Positions 7,827-16,636 of a stretch of DNA of 39,714 nucleotides are shown here, piece by piece. The stretch comes from Nitrospinia bacterium (GTDB taxonomy: Bacteria; Nitrospinota; Nitrospinia; JACRGO01). The number at the start of each line of letters is the position of its first letter. Position 1 is the first letter of the stretch. The translations under genes were made by a program, and so were the position numbers. The notes beneath the pieces are model-generated. The model was not told the DNA's origin and did no database searches. It saw only the letters and a program-made list of their open reading frames with translations. Location: positions 1 through 39,714 of the forward strand of contig JAJDAS010000078.1 in NCBI GenBank assembly GCA_029261755.1, in the 5' to 3' direction.

Positions 7827-10679
7827 ATGCATAAACTCTTTTCCTTCAGTGTGGATCGACCCAAGCTTCTCACCGCCGTCATGGTGCTTCTCACCTTTTC
7901 CATGGCCCTGCTGGCGGCCCTGCCAAGTATCTGGCCTGACACTTTCCCTTCCCTCCATGGGGTGAAGGTGGATACCGACCCGGAAAATATGCTCCCCGAA
8001 GATGAGCCGGTGCGGGCCTTTCATAACGGGATGAAAAAGGAACTTTCCCTCCACGATATTCTGGTGGTGGGTATCGTAAATGAGGTCCACCCGGAAGGGG
8101 TTTTCAATCCCGATTCCCTCCGCAAGATATACGAACTCACCGAATTTGCCAAGACCCTGCATTGGACCCACGAAAAGGAATCCGGCAAGAAAGAGGGCGT
8201 CATCGAGGTGGATATGATCGCCCCGTCCCTGGTGGACAACATGGAGCAGGGCGGCGCCGGAGTGATCAAATTTGAATGGCTTATGCCCGCTCCCCCCGCT
8301 ACTCAGGAAGAAGCCATAGCGGTCCGGCACAAGGCGGAGCGGCTTCCTTTCCTAAAAGGAACGGTGCTCTCGGAAGACGGAAAGGCCATGGCCCTATACC
8401 TGCCCCTCACCTCCAAAGATGTAAGTTACGAGGTGGCTTCCAAGCTCCAGGAGAAGATCGATTCCTTTAAGGGTGACGAACACTACTACATAACAGGGTT
8501 ACCGGTGGCGGAGGATACCTTCGGGATGGAGATGTTCAAGCAAATGGCCATTTCTGCGCCCCTGGCCATGCTGGTGATCTTCCTCCTCATGCTCGTCTTT
8601 TTTCGCAAGCTGGTCCTCATCGTCTCGCCCCTCATTGTTGCCTTGGTCTCGGTGATTTGCACCATGGCCCTCCTGGTTGCCACGGGGAACACGGTACACA
8701 TCATGAGTTCCATGATCCCCATCTTCATTATGCCCATAGCGGTTTTGGACGCCATTCATATTCTTTCGGATTTTTTTGACCGTTACCAGGAGACCAGGGA
8801 CCGCAGGAAAACCATTCTCGCGGTTATGGACACCTTGTCCAAGCCCATGTTCTATACCACCTTAACCACGGCGGTTGCCTTCTCTTCCCTGGCCCTGGCC
8901 CCTATTCCGCCTGTGCAAATCTTCGGTCTCTTTGTGGCTTTCGGAGTGTTCATGGCCTGGTTCTGGACCGTCACTTTTATCCCGGCCTACATCATGCTCA
9001 TCCCACAAAAATCCCTGGAGGGTTTCGGCCTCGTCCACCATGGTGAAGAGGATCCGGACGCGGGCTCTTTCATGGCCCGAATGCTTGCCGTTCTCAGTCG
9101 CCTTACCTTTCACCGCGCCGGATGGATAATGGCCATCTCCCTGGTCCTTACCACCATTGCGGTTTATGGGATCAGCCTCATCCAAATCAACGACAACCCA
9201 GTGAAGTGGTTCGCGCCATCGCATCCCATCCGAGTGGCGGATAAGGCCCTGAACGAACATTTCGGTGGCACCTACATGGCTTATCTGGCCCTGGAGCCGG
9301 AGGGTAAAGCGTGGTCTCCCGAAACTTATCAAAAGGATTTTGCCCAAAGATTAGGGAAACGGGCCACGGAGTTGGAGGAAATGGTTCCTTCTGCTCCAAC
9401 GGTATTTAATGTAGTGAAAGAAGAAGCGGCCCAGGCTCACAAAACAGCTAATTCCAAAATAGAGATGCTGAATGGCCTGGAGGAGTGGACGGACGAGCAA
9501 AACCTATCCGCTCCCGATGACCAGTTGGACGCCTGGGAAGAGGTCTTCCTCTTCCTGGACGAAGAGAGGCAGAGGGACCAGATTTTCAAACAACCCGAGG
9601 CTTTGGAATATGTAGCTGCTCTCCAGAAAAGGCTGCTGGATACCGGGGTGGTGGGGAAATCCAATTCCCTGGCCGATATCGTGAAGACGGTGCACCGGGA
9701 GCTACGTTTAGGTGAAGAAAAAGAGTTTAGGATTCCCAAATCTTCCAACGCCGTGGCCCAAACACTGATCTCTTTTCAGAACAGCCACCGGCCGGACGAC
9801 CTCTGGCATTTTGTCACTCCCGATTATTCCAAGACCAGCCTTTGGGTGCAGCTTAAGAGCGGCGACAACATGGATATGGCCAGGGTGGCCAAAAGTATTG
9901 ACGAATTCGTCACCGACAATCCGCCTCCCTTCTCCCTGAAGCACCAGTGGTTCGGACTCACCTACATCAATGTGATCTGGCAGGATAAGATGGTGAGCGG
10001 GATGTTCCAGTCCTTCATCGGTAGCTTCCTGGTGGTGCTGCTTATGATGACCATTCTTTTCCGATCCTTTTTGTGGGGGCTCCTCTCCATGATTCCCCTC
10101 ACCGTCACCATCGTCTTGATTTACGGGGTCATCGGCTTGGTGGGTAAGGATTACGATATGCCCGTGGCGGTTCTTTCCTCTCTCTCCCTGGGATTGGCGG
10201 TGGACTATGCCATTCACTTCCTGGCTCGGAGCCGTGGACTTCAGGAGAAACACGGAGCCTGGTCGCAAACCATTATGCTTGTGTTCGGGGAGCCGGCAAG
10301 GGCCATCACCCGGAATGTGGTTGTGGTGGGCGTGGGGTTTCTTCCTCTGCTGGCCGCGCCTCTGCTCCCCTACAAGACGGTGGGAATTCTCATAGCTGCC
10401 ATCCTGCTTACAGCGGGGCTGGCTTCCCTCTTGATCCTTCCCGCCATGATCACCCTTATGGAAAAATGGCTCTTCACTTCTTCGGAAAAAATCCGCTTCA
10501 CCTGCCAATGCGGAACCTGTATTTTTTCGGGGATCATGGTGGTTGCGCTGGTGGTGATCAACGTCCACCAGTTTCTCTCCGTGGGCTGGACCACTCTCAC
10601 TTGGGTGAGTGCGGTTGCCATTCTGGTTTTGATGGGTATATGCTTCACAATGTCTAAACGGGCGGAGTGCAAAGCCTAA
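7827..10679 (+). CDS. MMPL/RND-superfamily transporter
   Basis: Two repeats of TM + periplasmic domain + TM bundle; proton-relay motifs IAVLDAIHI and GLAVDYAIHF. Confidence 0.92.
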   Translation: MHKLFSFSVDRPKLLTAVMVLLTFSMALLAALPSIWPDTFPSLHGVKVDTDPENMLPEDEPVRAFHNGMKKELSLHDILVVGIVNEVHPEGVFNPDSLRKIYELTEFAKTLHWTHEKESGKKEGVIEVDMIAPSLVDNMEQGGAGVIKFEWLMPAPPATQEEAIAVRHKAERLPFLKGTVLSEDGKAMALYLPLTSKDVSYEVASKLQEKIDSFKGDEHYYITGLPVAEDTFGMEMFKQMAISAPLAMLVIFLLMLVFFRKLVLIVSPLIVALVSVICTMALLVATGNTVHIMSSMIPIFIMPIAVLDAIHILSDFFDRYQETRDRRKTILAVMDTLSKPMFYTTLTTAVAFSSLALAPIPPVQIFGLFVAFGVFMAWFWTVTFIPAYIMLIPQKSLEGFGLVHHGEEDPDAGSFMARMLAVLSRLTFHRAGWIMAISLVLTTIAVYGISLIQINDNPVKWFAPSHPIRVADKALNEHFGGTYMAYLALEPEGKAWSPETYQKDFAQRLGKRATELEEMVPSAPTVFNVVKEEAAQAHKTANSKIEMLNGLEEWTDEQNLSAPDDQLDAWEEVFLFLDEERQRDQIFKQPEALEYVAALQKRLLDTGVVGKSNSLADIVKTVHRELRLGEEKEFRIPKSSNAVAQTLISFQNSHRPDDLWHFVTPDYSKTSLWVQLKSGDNMDMARVAKSIDEFVTDNPPPFSLKHQWFGLTYINVIWQDKMVSGMFQSFIGSFLVVLLMMTILFRSFLWGLLSMIPLTVTIVLIYGVIGLVGKDYDMPVAVLSSLSLGLAVDYAIHFLARSRGLQEKHGAWSQTIMLVFGEPARAITRNVVVVGVGFLPLLAAPLLPYKTVGILIAAILLTAGLASLLILPAMITLMEKWLFTSSEKIRFTCQCGTCIFSGIMVVALVVINVHQFLSVGWTTLTWVSAVAILVLMGICFTMSKRAECKA

Positions 10680-10768
10680 GTGCTGGGTGAGGCTTTTTGC
10701 AAATGGTAAGACCGGGTTTCGTCCCGGTCCTCCGCTTTATAAACCTATTTTTTTTGAAAGGATCGGTT

Positions 10769-11653
10769 ATGGAAAATTTTAAAAAAAAATACCACCAATC
10801 TAAAGTCAAAAATCTAAAATCTAAAATATTTTTCCCTGTTTTTTCAGGATTGCTGTTTTTGATCTTTGCTTTAATCTTCACGTTCGCCAACAAAACGTCC
10901 GCCTCCGAGATCTCCGTGGATACCATCATCGAAAAGGCCAACCGGGCTTCCTACTATCAGGGGAAATCCGGTCGCGCCAAGGTTGCCATGAGCATCAAAG
11001 ACAGCCAGGGCCGTGAGCGAAAAAGGCAGTTCACCATCTTGCGCAAGGATGAGGAGCCGGAAGGGGATATATCGGATAAGGTCTGCGGTGAGCAGAAATT
11101 TTATGTCTTTTTTCAGCGTCCTGCCGATGTAAACAAGACAGCCTTCATGGTATGGAAGCATCTGGATAAGGACGACGACCGATGGCTGTACCTTCCCGCT
11201 CTGGACCTGGTGAAGCGCATTGCCGCCAGTGACGAGCGCACCAGCTTTGTGGGGTCACACTTTTTTTATGAGGACGTATCGGGTCGGGGCATCAACGAAG
11301 ATAAGCATGAACTGCTGGAGACCTCCAAGAATTATTACGTCATCAAAAGCGTTCCAAAGAAACCGGAGGCGGTGGAGTTTTCCTATTACAAGATGTGGGT
11401 TCACCGTACCACCTTCATCCCCATCAAGATTGAGTATTACAACAAGAAAGAAGAGAACTACCGCGTTTACGAGGCGCTTAAAGTGGACACCATCGACAGC
11501 TACCCCACCGTGACGCAATCCAGGATGAAGGACCTTGCCTCCAAGGGACAAACAATCCTTTCCTACCCCAAGGTCAAGTTCAACATCGGCCTTCCGCCGG
11601 ATATCTTTACAGAGCGTTACCTGCGAAATCCCCCGAAAAAATATTTGAGGTGA
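10769..11653 (+). CDS. Outer-membrane lipoprotein-sorting (LolA-like) periplasmic protein
   Basis: Signal peptide; PADV..TAFMVW..DDDRWLYLPALDLVKRIA..SFVGSHFFYED..FTERYL; follows the MMPL gene. Confidence 0.85.
   Translation: MENFKKKYHQSKVKNLKSKIFFPVFSGLLFLIFALIFTFANKTSASEISVDTIIEKANRASYYQGKSGRAKVAMSIKDSQGRERKRQFTILRKDEEPEGDISDKVCGEQKFYVFFQRPADVNKTAFMVWKHLDKDDDRWLYLPALDLVKRIAASDERTSFVGSHFFYEDVSGRGINEDKHELLETSKNYYVIKSVPKKPEAVEFSYYKMWVHRTTFIPIKIEYYNKKEENYRVYEALKVDTIDSYPTVTQSRMKDLASKGQTILSYPKVKFNIGLPPDIFTERYLRNPPKKYLR
10797..10827 (+). repeat. Heptamer tandem repeat (AATCTAA)n in the 5' end of the LolA-like gene
   Basis: aatctaa agtcaaa aatctaa aatctaa aat. Confidence 0.6.
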
Positions 11654-11722
11654 GGGGAGGAACTGGAAAGAAGTGAAAGACAGGGGGAGGGAAGCAGGGG
11701 GCAAACTCCATTGCTTCTAATA

Positions 11723-11923
11723 TTAGTTCTTTTTCATTATTAGCTTTGTAATGATCAACCCAGGACAAATTCCCGTAATGATTGCAAAGGTAAAAAATGC
11801 GGCAGGAAGATATAAAATCCAATGCGCAACTCCAAAACCTGTAAGCCAAATCCCGAGCCAAATCAATATGGCGGGAACGGTGAAAAATAATCTCATTGTT
11901 GCATCTATTTTGTAATTTTTCAT
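11723..11923 (-). CDS. Small two-TM membrane protein, DUF2892/YgaP-like
   Basis: MRLFF..TM..TM..TGICPG; SD GAGGTG before ATG 11923. Confidence 0.65.
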   Translation of the reverse strand: MKNYKIDATMRLFFTVPAILIWLGIWLTGFGVAHWILYLPAAFFTFAIITGICPGLIITKLIMKKN

Positions 11924-12082
11924 GTTCACCTCTTGTTTTAGAACATTGTTTTTATTGTCTAGCCGCATGGTTTGCTTATACTAACCAGGCATTTTTCGCC
12001 TGTCAAGCAAATTTTTCATTGAAAAATAGGAAAAAATCTTATTCCCAACTATTGACTTTTCAGCAAATAGACTTATATTACC

Positions 12083-12239
12083 ATTGTAAACTTCATAAGG
12101 GAGGAACATGCCACCTATCCATTTGAATTACATTTAGTGTTTGTCACGGTGGGGGGAACTCGCTCCTACAATTTCCGCAACAATTGCGGAAAAACTCGTA
12201 TTTTCTAAAACGCGGCTAGTATAAGCCGCGTTTTTTTTT
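12083..12239 (+). ncRNA. Candidate structured leader/small RNA with a 9-codon uORF upstream of the NYN gene
   Basis: Upstream TTGACT-16-TATATT (12052-12079); complementary pairs ATTGTA/TACAAT, GGAG/CTCC, CCACC/GGTGG; perfect 9-bp hairpin 12172-12192; ends in a terminator. Confidence 0.45.
12207..12239 (+). terminator. Intrinsic terminator
   Basis: AAAACGCGGCT-agtata-AGCCGCG followed by T9. Confidence 0.85.
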
Positions 12240-12329
12240 GTCTTGTTCTGTGGTTTACCGCATACTTGATAAACTTCTCAAATTTAACTAAACTGGCTCT
12301 TTTACATTAAGCTTAGTGAGGAAGAAATA

Positions 12330-13103
12330 ATGAATGTTGGTATTTATGTAGATGCTGAGAATATTGTCCGCTGTGGCGGTTACGGTATGAAGTATGACGT
12401 GCTCAAGCGGTTTGCCTCCATGGGGGGAGGAGAGGTTTTAAGGGCCAATGCATATGTAGTGGTGGATGAGGATAAAATCAGGGATACCGCACCTTATCGA
12501 AAAAAGTTGTTTCACTACCATGATCTGCTCAGGAAATTCGGTTTTAAACTAATTAAGAAAAAAGTCCAAAAATATACTAACGAGGCTGGCGAGGTTTCTT
12601 TCAAGGCGAACGCGGATATGGATTTGGCCATTGATGCCATTTTGCAGGCCGCAAACCTCGACCGTATTATTTTGGTAACCGGGGATGGTGATTTTGTACG
12701 ATTGATCACCGCTTTGCAAAATAAGGGTTGCCGAGTTGAGGTTATCGGTTTTAAAAATGTGAACCGTGAATTGAAAGAAGCTGCAGACTTATACTATTCG
12801 GGTTTTTTGCTCCCGGATCTCCTTCCTACTTCCGACGCTAAAACCGTTCGAGGCTATCTAACCTCTTACAATGAAGATGGAGCATTCGGGTTCTTGCGAA
12901 CCTACCTGTTCAAAAACGGGAATATGGAGGAAAAGGACGCTTTTTTCCATCTCTCCAACGCTAATAATTGCGAATTCCATTCAGACGACGTATACAGGAA
13001 AGAACATTTTATTTATGAGTTCCAGCATCAACCCAGCAAAAAACGGGAGGGGATGCTGGAAGCATTGGACGTCAACCTGGTTTATAAAAATGTTCGGGTT
13101 TGA
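12330..13103 (+). CDS. NYN-domain (LabA/DUF88, PIN-like) RNase with C-terminal cold-shock/OB-like domain
   Basis: YVDAEN, KANADMDLAIDA, LVTGDGDF, GCRVEVIGF; C-terminal RNP-like GAFGFL and DAFFHLS. Confidence 0.9.
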   Translation: MNVGIYVDAENIVRCGGYGMKYDVLKRFASMGGGEVLRANAYVVVDEDKIRDTAPYRKKLFHYHDLLRKFGFKLIKKKVQKYTNEAGEVSFKANADMDLAIDAILQAANLDRIILVTGDGDFVRLITALQNKGCRVEVIGFKNVNRELKEAADLYYSGFLLPDLLPTSDAKTVRGYLTSYNEDGAFGFLRTYLFKNGNMEEKDAFFHLSNANNCEFHSDDVYRKEHFIYEFQHQPSKKREGMLEALDVNLVYKNVRV

Positions 13104-13158
13104 GCAAAAAAATGCTTTTCCCGGTCCCAATTTTTTCTTAAAAATTGATTTTTTTTGC

Positions 13159-13188
13159 TTGACTTGTCCGACTAATTTCATTTAGAAT
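13159..13188 (+). promoter_or_regulatory. Putative sigma70 promoter of the HU gene
   Basis: TTGACT-18 nt-TAGAAT; AGGAG before ATG 13249. Confidence 0.5.
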
Positions 13189-13248
13189 TGTTCAGTTTAC
13201 TCAAATCTTTTTAATAGACTTTTTTAACCTTATTGTAGGAGACAAAGT

Positions 13249-13524
13249 ATGACCAAGGCAGAGTTGATTGAAGCAGTTATTAAGGCGGCTAAGGCCGACA
13301 CCAGCAAGGCAGCGGCTGAAGGCTTGATCGATGCAACCTTCGCCACCATCGGCAAGGCCATCAAAAAGGAGGGCAGGCTTTCCTACCCTGGTTTCGGAAC
13401 CTTCAATGTTAAGAAAAGAAAAGCTCGGAAGGGGAGAAACCCAAGGACCGGTGAGACGATCAAAATCAAAGCTTCCAAAACGGTTAGTTTCAAGCCTACT
13501 CCAAAATTGAAAGAGTCTTTATAA
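13249..13524 (+). CDS. hup: HU-family DNA-binding protein
   Basis: MTKAELI..GFGTF..RKGRNPRTGETIKI..FKP..LK. Confidence 0.95.
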   Translation: MTKAELIEAVIKAAKADTSKAAAEGLIDATFATIGKAIKKEGRLSYPGFGTFNVKKRKARKGRNPRTGETIKIKASKTVSFKPTPKLKESL

Positions 13525-13587
13525 TATTTAGCCATGGCATCATCCCCATTTGATTAGTGGGCGAAAACAAATTCAAAATAGCACTAT

Positions 13588-13623
13588 ATACCCAAGCTGG
13601 TTTTCCGGCTTGGGTATTTTTTT
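13588..13623 (+). terminator. Intrinsic terminator after the HU gene
   Basis: ATACCCAAGCTGG-tttt-CCGGCTTGGGTAT followed by a T run. Confidence 0.85.
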
Positions 13624-13732
13624 GCCCTTTTTTGCTTTTTTATGCTTTTTGCCTTATTTCTCTTAGGAACCAACCTCCCCAGTATTGCAACGATTGTAAC
13701 GTGGGAAACAACCTTCAAACTGAATATTTCTC

Positions 13733-13761
13733 TTGACTATTTGTTGGAAATAGCGTCTAAT
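13733..13761 (+). promoter_or_regulatory. Putative sigma70 promoter of the porin gene
   Basis: TTGACT-17 nt-TCTAAT; AGGAG before ATG 13805. Confidence 0.45.
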
Positions 13762-13804
13762 GTCACCACTTTACCTGTTTTATTTATACTTATAGGAGAG
13801 AAAA

Positions 13805-15151
13805 ATGTTTAAAAAAATATTGCACATTTCCATGGCGGCATTTCTTTTGGGAGTATTACATTTATGTCAGGGGACCAGCGCTTCGGCCGAATCCATGGAG
13901 TCAATGCAAAAGCAAATTGCGGAACTTAAGGAAAATATTTCGGCTTTGAAGCAAACCAGAGGGGAAAACGATTCTTACCAGGCAGAAAACCAAGGGCGTT
14001 CTTATAGGGTTGCCCAAGCGGACTCTCCGCCGGTGGAAACCAGAACCATGGAAGTCCCTTCCTATATTCCCCCTTCCTCAAGCTCCGGCAGCATGTTGCA
14101 AATTTACGGAGGAACCACCACCTGGGCTCACCAAAGAACGAACAACAGCACGATTAGCAGTAACGGAAACAGTTTCGATGACGATGGTTTAGATGTCGGG
14201 TATACCGTAGATCTATTTCTGGAAGCGAATCTCGGCGGGAACCATAAATTCATCGTCTATTTAGAGGGTGGAGACGGCAACGGAGTCAATAATACTCTGG
14301 GCACTTTTGACCCGGCCACCAACACCTCTAGCGGCCTTTATTCCAGTCCCAACTATGACCCGAATAACACAGCCGGCAGCCTGATGATCAATTCAGCTTA
14401 TTACGAAGGACTGTTTTTCGATGAAAAGCTCTATATCGCTATAGGTAAAATGGATATTCACTCCCTGTATGACGAAAATGATGTGGCCGGTGATGAAACT
14501 ACTCAATTCATGAGTAACATGTTTGTCCGTTCCACCGGAGTTTCTTTTCAGGAGCTTAATAACTACTATGCTCCCGGACTGAAGGCCATGCTCATCCCCT
14601 TCCCCTGGCTGGAGTTCAGTGTAGTCCTGGCCAACTCCAACTTTGATAATGTGGATGAGGATGGTTTGGCAGTTTTACAAGTCAATTTCAAACCTGAGTT
14701 CTTGCACGGGGGGAATTACCGTTTTTTCTGTGTCTTTGATGATCGCGACTATGCCCGTATAGGTAGAATGGGCACCGAGGGCAATACCGGCTGGGGGTTA
14801 AGCTTTGACCAACGTTTTACGGAAACACTGGCCGGCTTTTTCAGGTTCACAATGCTGGAAGATGACCTCACAGCCAATGTGGTGGACGCCACCTGGGCGC
14901 TTGGGGCGGAAGTAAACGGCGTGTTATGGAATCGCCCTGATGACGCTCTCGGTTTGGCTTATGGAGCTGTTATGGTGAATAACAGGGTTGCGGGTCTACC
15001 CAACTATGACGACGAGGAACATTTTGAGGCCTACTATCGTTATTCCGTAAACGAATATATCGCTCTATCCCCAAATTTTCAGGTTATTGCTTATCAACCA
15101 AGCACCGTTTACATTTTTGGTTTGAGGGCTCAATTCGATTTCCGGCTGTAG
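13805..15151 (+). CDS. Outer-membrane porin, OprB-like, with N-terminal coiled coil
   Basis: Signal peptide, short coiled coil, GKMD..YDEN..DETTQFM, RPDDALGLAYG, EAYYR..LSPNFQ..GLRAQFDF. Confidence 0.8.
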   Translation: MFKKILHISMAAFLLGVLHLCQGTSASAESMESMQKQIAELKENISALKQTRGENDSYQAENQGRSYRVAQADSPPVETRTMEVPSYIPPSSSSGSMLQIYGGTTTWAHQRTNNSTISSNGNSFDDDGLDVGYTVDLFLEANLGGNHKFIVYLEGGDGNGVNNTLGTFDPATNTSSGLYSSPNYDPNNTAGSLMINSAYYEGLFFDEKLYIAIGKMDIHSLYDENDVAGDETTQFMSNMFVRSTGVSFQELNNYYAPGLKAMLIPFPWLEFSVVLANSNFDNVDEDGLAVLQVNFKPEFLHGGNYRFFCVFDDRDYARIGRMGTEGNTGWGLSFDQRFTETLAGFFRFTMLEDDLTANVVDATWALGAEVNGVLWNRPDDALGLAYGAVMVNNRVAGLPNYDDEEHFEAYYRYSVNEYIALSPNFQVIAYQPSTVYIFGLRAQFDFRL

Positions 15152-15206
15152 CACCCTTAGCTGTGCCTTCCTCCCCTTGGACCTGATCCCGCGTAGTTGC
15201 CGTTCT

Positions 15207-16610
15207 TCACTCTCCGAACAGGCTTAGCTGTCTCATGTCCATCTTTGGGAACTTGATGGGATAGTCCCCACTGAAACAGGCGTCGCAAAAATGATCCCGG
15301 CCTCCCTCTTGGAAGGGTTTCTTGAGTCCCTCAATGGAAATATAAGCGAGGGAATCCGCTGTAATATAACTACAGATCTCATCCACGGTATGGGTGGCGG
15401 CTATGAGTTCCTTTCTGGTGGGAGTATCGATTCCATAAAAACACGGGTTCATGGTGGGAGGTGCGCTAACACGCATATGGACCTCTTTTGCCCCACTGGC
15501 ACGAATCATTTTAATGATTTTCCGGCTGGTGGTACCCCGCACAATGGAATCATCAACCACCACCACCCTCTTGCCTTCCAGAACGTTTTTCATGGCGTTC
15601 AGTTTGAGTTTGACCCCAAAATGGCGGATGGATGCCTGGGGTTCTATGAAGGTTCGTCCGATGTAGTGATTCCGAATCAACCCCATTTCAAAAGGGGTTT
15701 TCGACGCCTCCGAATATCCCATGGCAGCTGAAATCCCGGAATCGGGAACCGGGATTACGAGATCAGCTTCCACCGGGGACTCTTGGGCAAGGATCCTCCC
15801 GAATTCCTTCCGAACCTCGTGGACATTCCTGTCTCCAAAGATACTGCTGTCCGGCCTGGAAAAATAGATAAATTCAAAAATGCAGGCGGCCTCTTTCTGG
15901 GCTGGAAAGGGGAAATAAGAGTTAACTCCCGACTGGTCAAAGACCATCATTTCACCGGGTTTGAGATCGCGAATATATTCCGCCTCAATGAGGTCCATGG
16001 CGCAGCTTTCCGAAACTACTACATAGGAGTCTTTTAACTTCCCAAGGCTTAAGGGCCGGATACCCCTTGGATCACGAACAGCTATCATCTCTTTTTCACT
16101 CATAATCAAGAGGGAGTAGGCCCCCTGGACACGATGCAGAGCCTCTGATAACTGATCTTTCAGCTTGAACTCCTTGGACTGGGCTATCAGGTGGACAATG
16201 ACCTCGCTATCCATGGTGGAGGAAAATATAGATCCGTAGGCCTCCAATTCACTGCGAAGGAATGAGATGTTTACAAGGTTCCCGTTATGTGCCAGGGCCA
16301 ATGGACCTCGGGAGTACTCCACCGTGCAAGGTTGGGCGTTTTTTAAATGGCTTTCGCCGGTAGTGGAATAACGATTGTGGCCTATGGCGATCTTGCCAGG
16401 GAGTTTTTTTATAGTTCCCTCGCTAAAGATGTCGACAACAAGGCCCATCCCTTTTTCGAGATAAATAGAGCGGCCATCCGCCGAGGCGATCCCGGCACTC
16501 TCCTGCCCCCTATGCTGCAAGGCATGGAGCCCAAGATAAGCGAGATTGGACGCCTCCGGGTTACCGTAAATTCCTACAATCCCACACTCTTCGTTAAATT
16601 TATCAAACAT
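15207..16610 (-). CDS. purF: Amidophosphoribosyltransferase
   Basis: [35 protein letters not shown], Fe-S Cys residues. Confidence 0.98.
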   Translation of the reverse strand: MFDKFNEECGIVGIYGNPEASNLAYLGLHALQHRGQESAGIASADGRSIYLEKGMGLVVDIFSEGTIKKLPGKIAIGHNRYSTTGESHLKNAQPCTVEYSRGPLALAHNGNLVNISFLRSELEAYGSIFSSTMDSEVIVHLIAQSKEFKLKDQLSEALHRVQGAYSLLIMSEKEMIAVRDPRGIRPLSLGKLKDSYVVVSESCAMDLIEAEYIRDLKPGEMMVFDQSGVNSYFPFPAQKEAACIFEFIYFSRPDSSIFGDRNVHEVRKEFGRILAQESPVEADLVIPVPDSGISAAMGYSEASKTPFEMGLIRNHYIGRTFIEPQASIRHFGVKLKLNAMKNVLEGKRVVVVDDSIVRGTTSRKIIKMIRASGAKEVHMRVSAPPTMNPCFYGIDTPTRKELIAATHTVDEICSYITADSLAYISIEGLKKPFQEGGRDHFCDACFSGDYPIKFPKMDMRQLSLFGE

Positions 16611-16636
16611 GGTTTTTATGTTTTAGCGGGTTCTGG

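Noticed and set aside
7722-11704. Long antisense ORFs (202, 161, 286, 149 aa)
   Set aside because: Shadow frames of the GC-richer MMPL and LolA-like genes; the same applies to antisense ORFs over pur, fusA, cusB-like and tolC.
13685-13699. Near-palindrome TTGCAACGATTGTAA upstream of the porin promoter
   Set aside because: Short and imperfect, with no regulator nearby; not distinguishable from chance.
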